Notes: generated by a model not told the origin, from the letters alone. Counted from the first letter of the stretch, positions 8,940 to 19,053 are shown. The stretch: 64,000 nt of DNA from a bacterium (GCA_021821305.1 JAKACP010000001.1:68934-132933); one strand, 5' to 3'. A program made the numbers and translations.

Positions 8940-10229
8940 TCAGAGCTTTTCCAAAAGTTCGAAGAGCTTCTCGTTGCGGAGACGTGACTTCGCCGCGTCA
9001 TAGAGCGCCGGCAGATCGATATCTTTCTCGGCCTGCTTGATGCTCTTGAAGTACGCGAGCGCCTTGTTCATCTCCTCCTCGACGTCGGCCTGTTCGGCTT
9101 CGACTTCGCGATCCTTGGCGACCGCCTCGAGTGCCAGACCTGACAGGATCCGCTTCTCCGCCTGCGGGCGCCAGTCCTTAGCGAGCTCCTCCTCGGTCTT
9201 GCCCAACCGGGCGAGATAGTCGCCGAGCTCCATGCCCATCATGGACGCCTGATGCCCGAATTCGGAAATCATGCGCCGAAGTTCGCTCTCCACGAGCACT
9301 TCCGGGAGTTCCGCTTCAGCCCCCTCCGTGATCGCCTCGAGTATCGCTACGCGGCGTCTCTCCTTGGCTTCGTGCTCGCGTTCCGTCCTCATGCCCTCCG
9401 CGATGCTCTCACGAAGCGCCGCGAGGTTCTCGAAGGAACCGACCGATGCCGCGAACGCGTCATCGATGGCGGGTATCTGCCGCTCCTGGACGAGGAGCAC
9501 CTTCACCCAGAATGTCGCCGGCTTCCCTGCGAGGGATTTCACATGGTACTGATCCGGAAACGTGAGGTCGACGGACTTCTCCTCTCCGGCCGAGAGTCCG
9601 ACTATAGCCTCCTCGAAACCGGGGATGAACGCGCCTTTTCCAAGCACGATCGGGTGTTTCTTGCCCGTTCCGCCCTCGATCGGCACCCCGCCCATGGTCA
9701 CCTCGAAATCGACTTCGGTCATGTCGCCGTCGCGCGCCTCGCGGAGCACCGTCACGAACTTGGCCCGCGACTCCGCGATCCTCGCGACTTCCGCGTCGAT
9801 ATCGGCTTCCGCGACCTCTATCTTCTCTTCCTCTTGTTTCTTGTTGACCTCGCGCACCTTCTTCTCCCACGGTTTCAGGGTGATTTCCGGCATCACGGCC
9901 GTATCGACGACGAACGAAAGCGCCTCGTTTTCCTTCACGTTCTCGAGGCGGACCTCCGGTCGTCCGATCGCATCGACACCGGCTTGCGCGAGCGCGGCCG
10001 GATACAGGTGGTCGATGGCGTGTTCGGCGCCCTCGACGAGGATCGTCGCCTTGCCGAGACGCTTCTCGAGCATCGCCCGAGGCGCCTTGCCCGGGCGGAA
10101 TCCCTCGACCTTCACATCCTTGGCGAGGTGCTCCGCCGCGTGGTCGATTTCGGCTTTCCACTCGTCCCACGGGATCGACACGGATATCTCCGCGCGCGAC
10201 TTCGGCATTTTTTTCACTGAAACATCCAT
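8940..10229 (-). CDS. tig: Trigger factor
   Basis: GFRPGKAP ribosome-binding motif; FIPGFEE FKBP domain; next to clpP. Confidence 0.97.
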   Translation of the reverse strand: MDVSVKKMPKSRAEISVSIPWDEWKAEIDHAAEHLAKDVKVEGFRPGKAPRAMLEKRLGKATILVEGAEHAIDHLYPAALAQAGVDAIGRPEVRLENVKENEALSFVVDTAVMPEITLKPWEKKVREVNKKQEEEKIEVAEADIDAEVARIAESRAKFVTVLREARDGDMTEVDFEVTMGGVPIEGGTGKKHPIVLGKGAFIPGFEEAIVGLSAGEEKSVDLTFPDQYHVKSLAGKPATFWVKVLLVQERQIPAIDDAFAASVGSFENLAALRESIAEGMRTEREHEAKERRRVAILEAITEGAEAELPEVLVESELRRMISEFGHQASMMGMELGDYLARLGKTEEELAKDWRPQAEKRILSGLALEAVAKDREVEAEQADVEEEMNKALAYFKSIKQAEKDIDLPALYDAAKSRLRNEKLFELLEKL

Positions 10230-10289
10230 ATGATCGATAAAAACTAAGGATTCAAAACGGAAACGTCCGGCGCACCTTCACGCGCGGCG

Positions 10290-10820
10290 TCACTTCTTGT
10301 ACCGCTTCTCGTAGAGCTTGAGCCCCTTCTTCACCGCCGCGATCGCCTCCTTTTTTCCGCGGAAGCCCTTCACGGAAACCTTCTTCCCCTCGATCGACTT
10401 GTAGGTCTCGAAGAAGTGCTGGATTTCCTTGAGCGTGTGCGGGTTCACGTCGGAGAGGTTCTTCACCCCGTCCCAGCGCGGATCGCTTTCCGGGACGGCG
10501 ATGATCTTGTCGTCGCTCTCTCCGCAATCAATCATCCCCATCACCGCGATAGGCCTCGCCTCGACGAGGATGCCGGGCGCGAGTGGATAGGTCGTGAGGA
10601 GCACGACATCGAGCGCGTCACCGTCGCCCCAGAGGGACTGCGGCACGAACCCGTAGTCGAACGGATAGTCCTGTGCGCTCTTCATCGCCCGGTCGAGCTT
10701 GATGAGGCCGGTCTCCTTGTCGATCTCGTACTTGTTCTTGGTCCCCTTCGGGCACTCGACGATCACGTTGATGATATCGGGGGCGTTCTCGCCGGAAGAT
10801 ATTTCATGCCAGAGGTTCAT
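10290..10820 (-). CDS. ppa: Inorganic pyrophosphatase (family I)
   Basis: KYEIDK, YPFDYGFVPQS, DGDALDV, DDKIIAV, HFFETYK; start at MNLWH. Confidence 0.95.
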   Translation of the reverse strand: MNLWHEISSGENAPDIINVIVECPKGTKNKYEIDKETGLIKLDRAMKSAQDYPFDYGFVPQSLWGDGDALDVVLLTTYPLAPGILVEARPIAVMGMIDCGESDDKIIAVPESDPRWDGVKNLSDVNPHTLKEIQHFFETYKSIEGKKVSVKGFRGKKEAIAAVKKGLKLYEKRYKK

Positions 10821-10866
10821 ATCGTTGAAATGATACGGATGAAAATTATTCGGTTTCGGACCGGAA

Positions 10867-12183
10867 TCACTTTCCGGATTCCTCTTCGGTCGTTTCGGTT
10901 TCCACGGCGGCTTCGGCCGGGGCCTCCTCGGCCGGAGCGACGGATTCCTCCGCCACGGCTTCCGATTCCTCCTTGACGGCACCGACACCCGCCTCGCTCG
11001 CCGACATGACGTCGATGCGGAGCCCCGAGAGCTTGGCCGCGAGCCGGACATTCTGCCCGCGCTTGCCGATGGCGAGCGAGAGCTGATCATCCGGAACGAC
11101 GACCTTGGCGCGGCGGCCCTCCTCGGTCTCCATGATTTCCACGGACACCACCTTGGCCGGGCTCATCGCTGCCGTGACGAACTTTTCGATGTCGTCATTC
11201 CACTCGATGATATCGATCTTCTCGCCGCCGAGCTCATCGATGATGGCCTGGACGCGGGTCCCCTTCTGACCGACGCACGATCCGATCGGGTCGATGCCTT
11301 CCTGGTTCGCCGATACGGCGATCTTGGTACGCGACCCCGCTTCCCGGGCGATCGCCTTGATCTCGACGGTGCCCGCGAAGATTTCCGGGACTTCGAGCGA
11401 GAAGAGATGTTTCACCATTTCGGGATGCGAACGCGAGAGTACGATGCCGGGTCCCTTCGGATCGGATTCGACACGGACGAGATAGACCTTGATATGCTGA
11501 CCCATGCGGTAGGATTCGCCTTCGACCTGCTCCGACGGGAACAGGATACCGGTCGACTTGCCGAGATCGACGAACACGTTGCGCCCTTCGATCCGCTGGA
11601 CGGTGCCGTTGACGACCTCGCCTTCGCGATCCTTGTACGCGTCGTACATCGACTGGCGTTCGGCCTCGCGGAGCCGCTGGATGACGACCTGCTTGGCGGT
11701 CTGCGCCGCCACGCGGCCGAAATCCTCGTGCGGCGGAAGTTCGATCTCGATCGTGTCGCCGACCTTGGCGCCCTTCTTGAAGGCCTTGGCTTCGTCGACG
11801 GTCAGATCGCGCTCCGGGTTGTATCGCGGGAGACGATCCTCATCGATCTCCTCCGGCTCTTCCGCCACCGGCCCCTTGCCTTCGGCTTCGGTCGCTTCCT
11901 CCTCCGTCTCCTCCACGAACTCGCGCGTCGTCTCATCGACGACTTCCTTCACGAGGAAATACTGCGCGGTCTTGGCGACCTCGTCGAACTTCACCTTGAT
12001 GACCTGGCTCTTCTTGCCATAGTCGCGCTTGTAGGCCGCCGAAAGCGCCGCCTCGACGACTTCGATCACCTTGTCCTTGGGGAGACCCTTCTCCTCGACG
12101 ATCTGCATGACCGCGCTTCCGAACTCCCCGAGCCGCCCGGACAGGCTCTCGTCGGGCTGGTCCACCACTTTCTTCTTTGCCAT
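10867..12183 (-). CDS. nusA: Transcription termination/antitermination factor NusA
   Basis: FGRVAAQTAKQV, S1 domain, AREAGSRTKIAV, SLAIGKRGQNVRLA. Confidence 0.98.
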   Translation of the reverse strand: MAKKKVVDQPDESLSGRLGEFGSAVMQIVEEKGLPKDKVIEVVEAALSAAYKRDYGKKSQVIKVKFDEVAKTAQYFLVKEVVDETTREFVEETEEEATEAEGKGPVAEEPEEIDEDRLPRYNPERDLTVDEAKAFKKGAKVGDTIEIELPPHEDFGRVAAQTAKQVVIQRLREAERQSMYDAYKDREGEVVNGTVQRIEGRNVFVDLGKSTGILFPSEQVEGESYRMGQHIKVYLVRVESDPKGPGIVLSRSHPEMVKHLFSLEVPEIFAGTVEIKAIAREAGSRTKIAVSANQEGIDPIGSCVGQKGTRVQAIIDELGGEKIDIIEWNDDIEKFVTAAMSPAKVVSVEIMETEEGRRAKVVVPDDQLSLAIGKRGQNVRLAAKLSGLRIDVMSASEAGVGAVKEESEAVAEESVAPAEEAPAEAAVETETTEEESGK

Positions 12184-12233
12184 ATGATATGACTTAATAA
12201 TCGCTTAGAATTACTCTTTCTCCCGATTCCAAC

Positions 12234-12316
12234 AAAAAAGGCCCGCTATCAAGCGAACCAATCGTCACTATCGGAACTGTGCTTTGCAGTATAGCGGAAA
12301 TACGACGTGCTGTCAA
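12234..12316 (-). promoter_or_regulatory. nusA promoter followed by a leader terminator (attenuator)
   Basis: TTGACA-17-TATACT (12316..12288), then GGTTCGCT-TGAT-AGCGGGCC-TTTTTT (12259..12234) upstream of the start codon. Confidence 0.7.
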
Positions 12317-12426
12317 ACTGATCAAGGCGCCGGAAGCCCCGCTTCTTTTTCATGCATTTTCCGTCTCTCATACAAGCCGAAAAACAGAATATCGGCTTAT
12401 ATGAAACATTTAATGAACTCGCTCCA

Positions 12427-12455
12427 TTGACTTTTCACAAAAAATATGCTATACT
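12427..12455 (+). promoter_or_regulatory. sigma70 promoter of the orphan two-gene operon
   Basis: TTGACT-17-TATACT with extended TG. Confidence 0.7.
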
Positions 12456-12531
12456 GGCACGTTATGGATTACGGAGCCCGCAAGGTAACCCACCATAACG
12501 GGCACATTCACAATTTCAAAGGAGAACGGAA

Positions 12532-13347
12532 ATGATCGATATGGGCAACGCATTCGCATTCAAGGAAATCTGGAATGCCATACGCGGAATTATCCCCCAC
12601 GGAGCGAAGGAAACCCCGCTCGAGCAACAGATGCCGGGCGGACTTCTCCCGAGCTACGACGACGAGGCCATCTCGGCGGCACTCGATGCCACGCTCGCCA
12701 AGGAAAAGGGCCAGGAGTATCTGGACCGGATCATGGCTGTCCGTGAAAAACTCCAACCGCACCAGCGGGAACGTTGGCGGAAGGTGTACGGCACGATCAA
12801 GCTGACCGAACGGCACGAGAACGCGCTCTCTTCGAAGAAACAGACGAAAGTCGAAGCCTCCGCAAAGGGGCCGGCTCGCGAAGACAGCACCGAGGAATAT
12901 CAGCGGCGACAGCGGGACTACGAGTACACGCTCGAAGATCCCCGATTGGAGCACCTGATCCTCGTATCGGAAATGGCGCGGGACCATGGCGTGGATGCGG
13001 CGGTCACCTATCTCATCACCTCCGACTTCGCTCTCGAAAAATCTCTCGCAGAAAAATTCGATGTGCTGAAGAAGGCGGGCGGTGAGAAACTGACGCGGGG
13101 AGCATATTCCCTGTTTCTCGGGGACGAATACGAAAGAATCTGCGAGCAGAACCCGGGGAAACCCGTGGACGAGCTCGAAAAGATCTTCAAAAGCGCGCTC
13201 GTCGCCAAGACCGCCCGCGAAGAGCAGGCTCTGAAAAAGGCGCGAAAGGATCGCATCCTCCACGCCCGACCAGTGATGCTCGGCATCACCATCGCCCTCA
13301 CGGCGGTGATGATCGCCACCATCGGGTTCATACAATTTTTCAAGTGA
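12532..13347 (+). CDS. Hypothetical protein with C-terminal transmembrane helix
   Basis: SD AAAGGAG; 271-aa ORF; hydrophobic C-terminus. Confidence 0.75.
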   Translation: MIDMGNAFAFKEIWNAIRGIIPHGAKETPLEQQMPGGLLPSYDDEAISAALDATLAKEKGQEYLDRIMAVREKLQPHQRERWRKVYGTIKLTERHENALSSKKQTKVEASAKGPAREDSTEEYQRRQRDYEYTLEDPRLEHLILVSEMARDHGVDAAVTYLITSDFALEKSLAEKFDVLKKAGGEKLTRGAYSLFLGDEYERICEQNPGKPVDELEKIFKSALVAKTAREEQALKKARKDRILHARPVMLGITIALTAVMIATIGFIQFFK

Positions 13348-13360
13348 AAAGGAGTAGAGA

Positions 13361-14530
13361 ATGAGCTTCACGCACGCAAGCGCCATCCAGGGAAAACAGA
13401 TCCTGGAATGGGCGAACAAGTGGCACCAGACCGTCGTCCTCTGGACGATTGTCGGCGCCGTGTTCGCTCTCGCCCTCGGGGTCCTGGCCAACATGGCGGG
13501 ATTTCCGGGATTCAACTTCATCCTCGCGGCGATCACGCTGCTTGCCGGGATATTCTTCCTGACCAAGCCGGCGATCGTCCTCTCCGTAGCCGGTATCGGC
13601 TCGCTCACGAGCGGCCTGCCGGACATCAAGTTCGGAGAAATCCTGCGGAACGGGGTCGGATCGCTTCCGAACTTCGAACTGGAGAAAATTTTCGGGGCCG
13701 GATGGGACGCGATCAAGGCGACGGCTCACAAAGTCGCGAACGTACTCTTCCTCCTGGCGGTGATCTTCGTGGTTCTGGGGACGTTCCCGATAAGCGACGC
13801 GACGCTGGTCCTGCCGGCATTCGTCGTCCTGACCGGGGTCGGACTCTGGTCGGCACTCTTCGCCAAAGGCTATGTGTGGTACCGGAATATCACTATCGGT
13901 ATCCTGCTCATCGCCGGCGGCATCACCTTCTTCAAGCTGTACGACCCCGAAAGCAAGGTCGAACGGATCGAGGAAGCCCGGGCAGCACACCAAGAGGCGC
14001 TCATCGACGAGGCGTTGACACCCGTACTCCGGAAAGCGGAGAACGGCATCAAGCTGACCAAAGAAGAGGTGCGTATCCTCGATGCGGCGAAGAATCTGGA
14101 GGAAAGCCGATCGATCATTACGAAGGTCAAAGCGTTCGCTCTCGGACGGGTGATAGAGTATCGGGTGCCGAGCAACATCGCGCCCGAGAACCTGAAACCG
14201 ATCTGCGGAGTTCCTTCGGGAGAATACCGGTTGGAAGTGTCCGACGGTTCCCGTCTCGGAATCGGTCAACGCGATCAACCGGGAACTTCGACCGTAGCCC
14301 TCACCGGGCGAGCCGACCGGATCGCGAGAAGTGACCAGCTTCGCCGACAGGACTACCGTCCGTACGGATTCATGCTCAACGGATCCGGACATGAGGAGAC
14401 GGTCGCGGTCGCGAGGGACGGATGCCTGTTGCCATCATTCAATCTGACGTTCGAACAGGAGGACTTGTTCCGTGACAGACTCTGGTTGGCAAAACATTCG
14501 ACCATCCGTTTCGTTCTCAAGGGCATCTGA
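13361..14530 (+). CDS. Hypothetical multi-pass membrane protein with soluble C-terminal domain
   Basis: SD AAAGGAG; several hydrophobic segments in the N-terminal half; terminator at 14540..14579. Confidence 0.75.
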   Translation: MSFTHASAIQGKQILEWANKWHQTVVLWTIVGAVFALALGVLANMAGFPGFNFILAAITLLAGIFFLTKPAIVLSVAGIGSLTSGLPDIKFGEILRNGVGSLPNFELEKIFGAGWDAIKATAHKVANVLFLLAVIFVVLGTFPISDATLVLPAFVVLTGVGLWSALFAKGYVWYRNITIGILLIAGGITFFKLYDPESKVERIEEARAAHQEALIDEALTPVLRKAENGIKLTKEEVRILDAAKNLEESRSIITKVKAFALGRVIEYRVPSNIAPENLKPICGVPSGEYRLEVSDGSRLGIGQRDQPGTSTVALTGRADRIARSDQLRRQDYRPYGFMLNGSGHEETVAVARDGCLLPSFNLTFEQEDLFRDRLWLAKHSTIRFVLKGI

Positions 14531-14592
14531 ACCGACGATAAAGGCGGTCCGATTAATTCGGAACCGCCTTTCTTTTTTTCCGATAACGCGAT

Positions 14593-15336
14593 CTAGAAAA
14601 GGTTCGCGACCTGCGTGACGAGCACGAGCGACCCGAGCGCGACCGCGATGCCGACGATCGCCCATTTGACGATCGCCTTGGCCGAATCCGCGCGCTTCTC
14701 GTCGCCGCCGGACGTGAGGTACATCATCCCGCCCCAGACGAGCATGACGATGGCGAGCACACCGACGAGCGAGAGGAGGAAGTTGAGGACGTTCTGTATG
14801 ATCTCTAAAAGGGTCGGCGCGGCTGTGACATTGGCATTCGGCGGCGTCCAGCCGAGAATGGTCGAGATTTCCTTGAGAAACGACGGCGCGGCGATGCCGA
14901 TCGCGAGTCCGATCATCGACGCGGTGATGGCCGCTTTGGCGGTCTTGATCCGACCCTCGTCGCCGGCGGAGACGATATAGAGTACCGCACCGATCACGAT
15001 GAAGACGAGCGAGAGCGTGACGATGATACCCTGGAGCGCGTCGAGCAGTTTGCCGAGCATGTCCTGCACCGTGTTATAGCCGAGCGGGTTGGAGATGGTG
15101 ATAGAGCCGGCAGCGGCGGCTACGGCACCTTGGCAACAGGATTCTCCTGCTCCGCAACTGACCATAAGGGGAGGGGGGATAATAGCGCCCGCACAAGAAA
15201 GCTGGCACGTTCCGGTGCCCGCGGCATTGCTGCACGACGCACCGACTACGGCATCCACATCCGCCACATCGATCGAAAACAGCATCCCTGAGAAAAGGAG
15301 AGCGAGAACGGCGACCGGCATCGATATTTGTTTCAT
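14593..15336 (-). CDS. VirB2/TrbC-like pilin with Cys-rich N-domain and two pilin repeats
   Basis: Two GAVLYIVSAGDE..AK / GGMMYLTSGGDE..AK units; signal peptide; Cys-rich segment. Confidence 0.8.
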   Translation of the reverse strand: MKQISMPVAVLALLFSGMLFSIDVADVDAVVGASCSNAAGTGTCQLSCAGAIIPPPLMVSCGAGESCCQGAVAAAAGSITISNPLGYNTVQDMLGKLLDALQGIIVTLSLVFIVIGAVLYIVSAGDEGRIKTAKAAITASMIGLAIGIAAPSFLKEISTILGWTPPNANVTAAPTLLEIIQNVLNFLLSLVGVLAIVMLVWGGMMYLTSGGDEKRADSAKAIVKWAIVGIAVALGSLVLVTQVANLF

Positions 15337-15349
15337 AGGGTTCGAGAAA

Positions 15350-15745
15350 TTATAACGTGCTGGTATCGCCCGAGACGAGCGCGCCGATGGTCCGAATGAT
15401 GACGAGGCCCGAGAGCGCGACCGCAAGTCCGATCGCCGCGTATTTCGCCATGTTCTTGGCGGATTCGGCCTGCTTCTCGTCGCCGGCCGAGAGTATGTAC
15501 TGAAAGCCCGCGATGACGAAGGCGAGTGTCGCGGCGGCGGCCATGATGTAGAGGAGCCAGTTGAGCACGTTCTGCACCACCGCCATGACCGATTCATCGG
15601 AGAGCCCGGTCGCGGCGGCGGTCGGGACACAGACGCCGTTGATGACCGTCAGGTCGGCGGTGGGACAGCTCGTCACCGCCTGTGTGACGGAAGCCGACAC
15701 GGACATCCCGAGAAAAAGGATCACCGCGAACATCGTTTGTTTCAT
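15350..15745 (-). CDS. VirB2/TrbC-like pilin
   Basis: AGFQYILSAGDEKQAESAK...AAIGL. Confidence 0.8.
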   Translation of the reverse strand: MKQTMFAVILFLGMSVSASVTQAVTSCPTADLTVINGVCVPTAAATGLSDESVMAVVQNVLNWLLYIMAAAATLAFVIAGFQYILSAGDEKQAESAKNMAKYAAIGLAVALSGLVIIRTIGALVSGDTSTL

Positions 15746-15790
15746 AATGGACCATGAATAATTCGCCTCCAGTATACCGTTTCCGGAACG

Positions 15791-15821
15791 AAAAAACAAC
15801 CCCGTTTCGGGGGTTGTTTTT
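15791..15821 (-). terminator. Intrinsic terminator after the putative major pilin
   Basis: AAAAACAACCCC...GGGGTTGTTTTTT hairpin with T tract. Confidence 0.75.
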
Positions 15822-15856
15822 CGAAAATCCTTTCGAAAGGATCCGACTGCCTGAGA

Positions 15857-16237
15857 CTAGAGTTCCGTGGTGCTGCCGACTCCGACGAGGTTCGACACCG
15901 TACGAACGATGACGAGTCCGAGGAGGGCGACCACGAGGCCGATGATGGAATACGTGATAAGACCCTTCGCCTTCTCCGTCTTTCCTTCGTCGCCGGCCGC
16001 GGTGATATAGAGGATACCCGCGATGACGAACCCGAGAACGGCCAAGGCCGCGAGGAGATACAGGAGCCAGTTCATTATGAGCGTGATCATGTCCCGGATG
16101 GAAATCTCGGAAAGACCGGTCGCTCCGACGGAGGTATTGTCCGGATTCTCATCATACCCCGGGGTGAACTGCGCGCTCACGGCTATCGGAGCGAGCACCA
16201 GCATCGCCGCCATGACATACATGAACATTTTTTTCAT
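15857..16237 (-). CDS. VirB2/TrbC-like pilin (probable major subunit)
   Basis: AGILYITAAGDEGKTEKAK...SIIGL; perfect SD AAAGGAGGTGA. Confidence 0.82.
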   Translation of the reverse strand: MKKMFMYVMAAMLVLAPIAVSAQFTPGYDENPDNTSVGATGLSEISIRDMITLIMNWLLYLLAALAVLGFVIAGILYITAAGDEGKTEKAKGLITYSIIGLVVALLGLVIVRTVSNLVGVGSTTEL

Positions 16238-16288
16238 ATTTGCTCACCTCCTTTCCTTTTATGTTTATCAGTTTCCACAAAAGAAACT

Positions 16289-16567
16289 CTAAAAGAAACT
16301 TCCGATCTGCCGGACGATGACGAGCGCACCGAGCGCCACCGCCACTCCGACACCGGCATACATCGCCGCCCGCTTGGCCTGTGCCGCGCGCTCCGTGTCG
16401 CCGGCCGACAGGAGGTACATCGCACCCGCGACCGCTAGCGCCAGTATAGCAAGAATTCCGAACGCGGACAACAAAAAGTCAAGAATATTGCCGAGCACTT
16501 CCGACACCGGCGGCGCGTCATCGATGACGCCGACCGCATGGGCTATCCGTATGAATGATATGTCCAT
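16289..16567 (-). CDS. VirB2/TrbC-like pilin
   Basis: AGAMYLLSAGDTERAAQAKRA..YAGVG. Confidence 0.78.
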   Translation of the reverse strand: MDISFIRIAHAVGVIDDAPPVSEVLGNILDFLLSAFGILAILALAVAGAMYLLSAGDTERAAQAKRAAMYAGVGVAVALGALVIVRQIGSFF

Positions 16568-16579
16568 AAACGCGTGTCG

Positions 16580-17032
16580 CTAGAGTGCCGCGCCGCAATC
16601 GAACGAGAATCCTCCGGTCACGGAAAAGGTCGCGCTGATGCCGAGATCGCTCTCTGCGTCGAAGACGACGAACATGACGGTATTGACGATGATCCAGGCT
16701 GCGAGGATGATGACGAGTCCGGCAAGGGATGCGAAGACGCCCTTTTTGGCGGTTTCCATCATCCCCGGATTCCCGGCCGAGACGATGTACAGGATGCCCA
16801 TCGCCACGATGATGGCGAGCGCGGCGAAGACCATGATGTCACGGATGTAGGTCGTCAATACGGAAACACCGGACACCAGGTGACAGATCGAGCACTGCTC
16901 GGTTTCATTGTAGGTCGTACCCGGATCATCGGTATTCGCACCGCACGGCACGAGCCCCGCATCGGCCGGAGACGGCACCGCGAGAAATACCATGGCCGCG
17001 AACATGACCCCGAAGAAATATCTCATAGACAT
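16580..17032 (-). CDS. VirB2/TrbC-like pilin with GLVPCG...CSICH N-domain
   Basis: MGILYIVSAGNPGMMETAK; GLVPCG motif typical of CPR pilins. Confidence 0.8.
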   Translation of the reverse strand: MSMRYFFGVMFAAMVFLAVPSPADAGLVPCGANTDDPGTTYNETEQCSICHLVSGVSVLTTYIRDIMVFAALAIIVAMGILYIVSAGNPGMMETAKKGVFASLAGLVIILAAWIIVNTVMFVVFDAESDLGISATFSVTGGFSFDCGAAL

Positions 17033-17042
17033 GATAGACCGG

Positions 17043-18440
17043 TTATTTCCTTTCGATGATCGCCCTCACCTGGGCGTCGGCGGATTGGAGAGCCCCCCTG
17101 ACGGTATTTTCTCCGCGATCGACCGATTCGATCGACTCGGCGAGCACGCCTTCCGCGCGTTCGATTTCACCGATCCTCCAACTCTTGGCGAGCAGATTGC
17201 CCGAAGCGAACGGCGCCAACCACGGGTCACGCTTCTGCTCCTCGATGAGGTCGCGGCGTGCGGCCGGCTTCTTGGTCTTGTCGAGATACAGCTTGGTCGG
17301 ATCGTCCTTGATCGGAAGCGTGACCGAGGTATCGCTCAAGGGATTGCGGAGCGTGACCGACTTCGCCGGATGCGGGAATGCGAAGTAGTGGAGGAACTGC
17401 CATGACTCATGGACACGGAGATCGTTGTATTTCCCCGCCGGGAACGGCGCCGGCTGGCCTTCCGCTATCACCGGCGCAGCCTTGTTCTTGGCGACGACGA
17501 AACTCCAGTAGTTGGCATAGTTGGACGGCTGGGAACCGGAAAATTGCGGGAGCGCCGCGACGGCGAAGTTGAGCTTGGCGTTCTTGCGGCGTATGGTGTC
17601 GATGTGCCAGGAGTAGTTGACCATCATCGCCAGGCTCCCTTCGTAGAAAGCGTCGATGGAATAATGCTGGCGGGAATTCCACGAATAGGACTCGGAACCG
17701 ATCTTCGAGAACTGGGAATAGAAGTCGAGCGCGCCGTTCATCGGATCACCCGCGATCTGGAACGTGTCGGCGGATCCCTTGGACTCGACACCGGCCCCTC
17801 GCTGGAGCGCGAGCGCGAGCAGGATATCGGGAGAGCGGTTGATATTCTTGGCGGTACCGAACGCCGCACCCGACTGCACGATGTTGCCGTAGGCATCGAT
17901 GGAACTCAGTGCCTTGGCATCGACGAGGAATTCATCCCAGGTCGAAGGCGGGTTGGCGATGCCGACCGCATTGAAGAGATCCTTGTTATAGTAAAGCGCG
18001 AGCGAATCGACCGAGAGCGGTGCGCCGTATGCCTTGCCCTCGACGATGAAGTCACGCGCGACCACATCGGCGAACGCGTCTCGATATTCCTTCTCCGAAA
18101 ACTGGTACGCGGGGGCGGGGGCGATGAGCGTCTCGAATTTCGGAAGCCACGAGTTGCGGATAAGGAATATGTCCGGCCCTTTCCCCTCGGCAAACGCCCG
18201 GACGATATCCTCCTGATAGGTCGCCTCCGACATCTTCCGGTAGGTGATGTTGTTGATATGGTCCTTGTTGAGCTCGCGGAATGCCGTAAGTGATTCCTGA
18301 TAGGCACCGGAATCATCGAACAGCCCCCAGATCTCGAGGTCGACCTTATACGGGGTGGGCGCGGCCTCCTTGCCGCAACCGGAGAGCGATATCGCGCCGA
18401 ACAGCACGGGAACCACCAGAAGCATCCGCAGGTATCGCAT
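17043..18440 (-). CDS. Extracellular solute-binding lipoprotein (sugar-binding family 1-like)
   Basis: Lipobox LSGC; GKGPDIF, PLSVDSLALYYNKDLF, PPSTWDEF. Confidence 0.88.
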   Translation of the reverse strand: MRYLRMLLVVPVLFGAISLSGCGKEAAPTPYKVDLEIWGLFDDSGAYQESLTAFRELNKDHINNITYRKMSEATYQEDIVRAFAEGKGPDIFLIRNSWLPKFETLIAPAPAYQFSEKEYRDAFADVVARDFIVEGKAYGAPLSVDSLALYYNKDLFNAVGIANPPSTWDEFLVDAKALSSIDAYGNIVQSGAAFGTAKNINRSPDILLALALQRGAGVESKGSADTFQIAGDPMNGALDFYSQFSKIGSESYSWNSRQHYSIDAFYEGSLAMMVNYSWHIDTIRRKNAKLNFAVAALPQFSGSQPSNYANYWSFVVAKNKAAPVIAEGQPAPFPAGKYNDLRVHESWQFLHYFAFPHPAKSVTLRNPLSDTSVTLPIKDDPTKLYLDKTKKPAARRDLIEEQKRDPWLAPFASGNLLAKSWRIGEIERAEGVLAESIESVDRGENTVRGALQSADAQVRAIIERK

Positions 18441-18442
18441 AG

Positions 18443-18982
18443 CTATTTCGTTACGAGAAACGCGTAGTGAAAACCTCCGACGGGAATCTCCTGTCCGACC
18501 GTGAGTCCGGCTTCGGCGATGAGTTTCTTGAGGTCTTCCGGAGCGATGCGCGATCCGGCGTCAGGACCGACGCTCGCCGCGTCGGGGCTCCACTCCATGA
18601 CGAGCGCGTGCCCGCCCGGACGGAGGATGCGGGCCATCTCACGGAGAATGACCGACTTCTTCTCGTTCTGAAAAAGGATGTCCTTGGAAATCACCCAGTC
18701 GACGCTCGCGGGCGGCAGTCCCGAACCGTTCTCATTTTCGAGGTTCGCCCGACGAGTCGAGATGTTCTTGAGGCCCTGCGTCTTCATCTGGCTCTCGACC
18801 GCCTCGAGGGCCGAAGGAAGCACGTCGAGCGCGATCACATTCCCTTCATCGCCGACCGCCTTCGCGAATTCGACGGAAAAATACCCCGCTCCACAGCCGA
18901 AATCCGCGACGGTCCCTTGGGGCGCGATCGGAAGCGAACGCACGACCGCTTTCGGGTCAACGAACGTGGCAGGCATCATCAT
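18443..18982 (-). CDS. Class I SAM-dependent methyltransferase
   Basis: VADFGCGAGYF, ALDV, EMARILRPGG. Confidence 0.9.
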   Translation of the reverse strand: MMMPATFVDPKAVVRSLPIAPQGTVADFGCGAGYFSVEFAKAVGDEGNVIALDVLPSALEAVESQMKTQGLKNISTRRANLENENGSGLPPASVDWVISKDILFQNEKKSVILREMARILRPGGHALVMEWSPDAASVGPDAGSRIAPEDLKKLIAEAGLTVGQEIPVGGFHYAFLVTK

Positions 18983-19053
18983 AAGCTTTTTTTGTTTGCG
19001 TAAAATACACGGATATTGTACAACAAATGAGGAGAATTGAGAAATACACGCAG

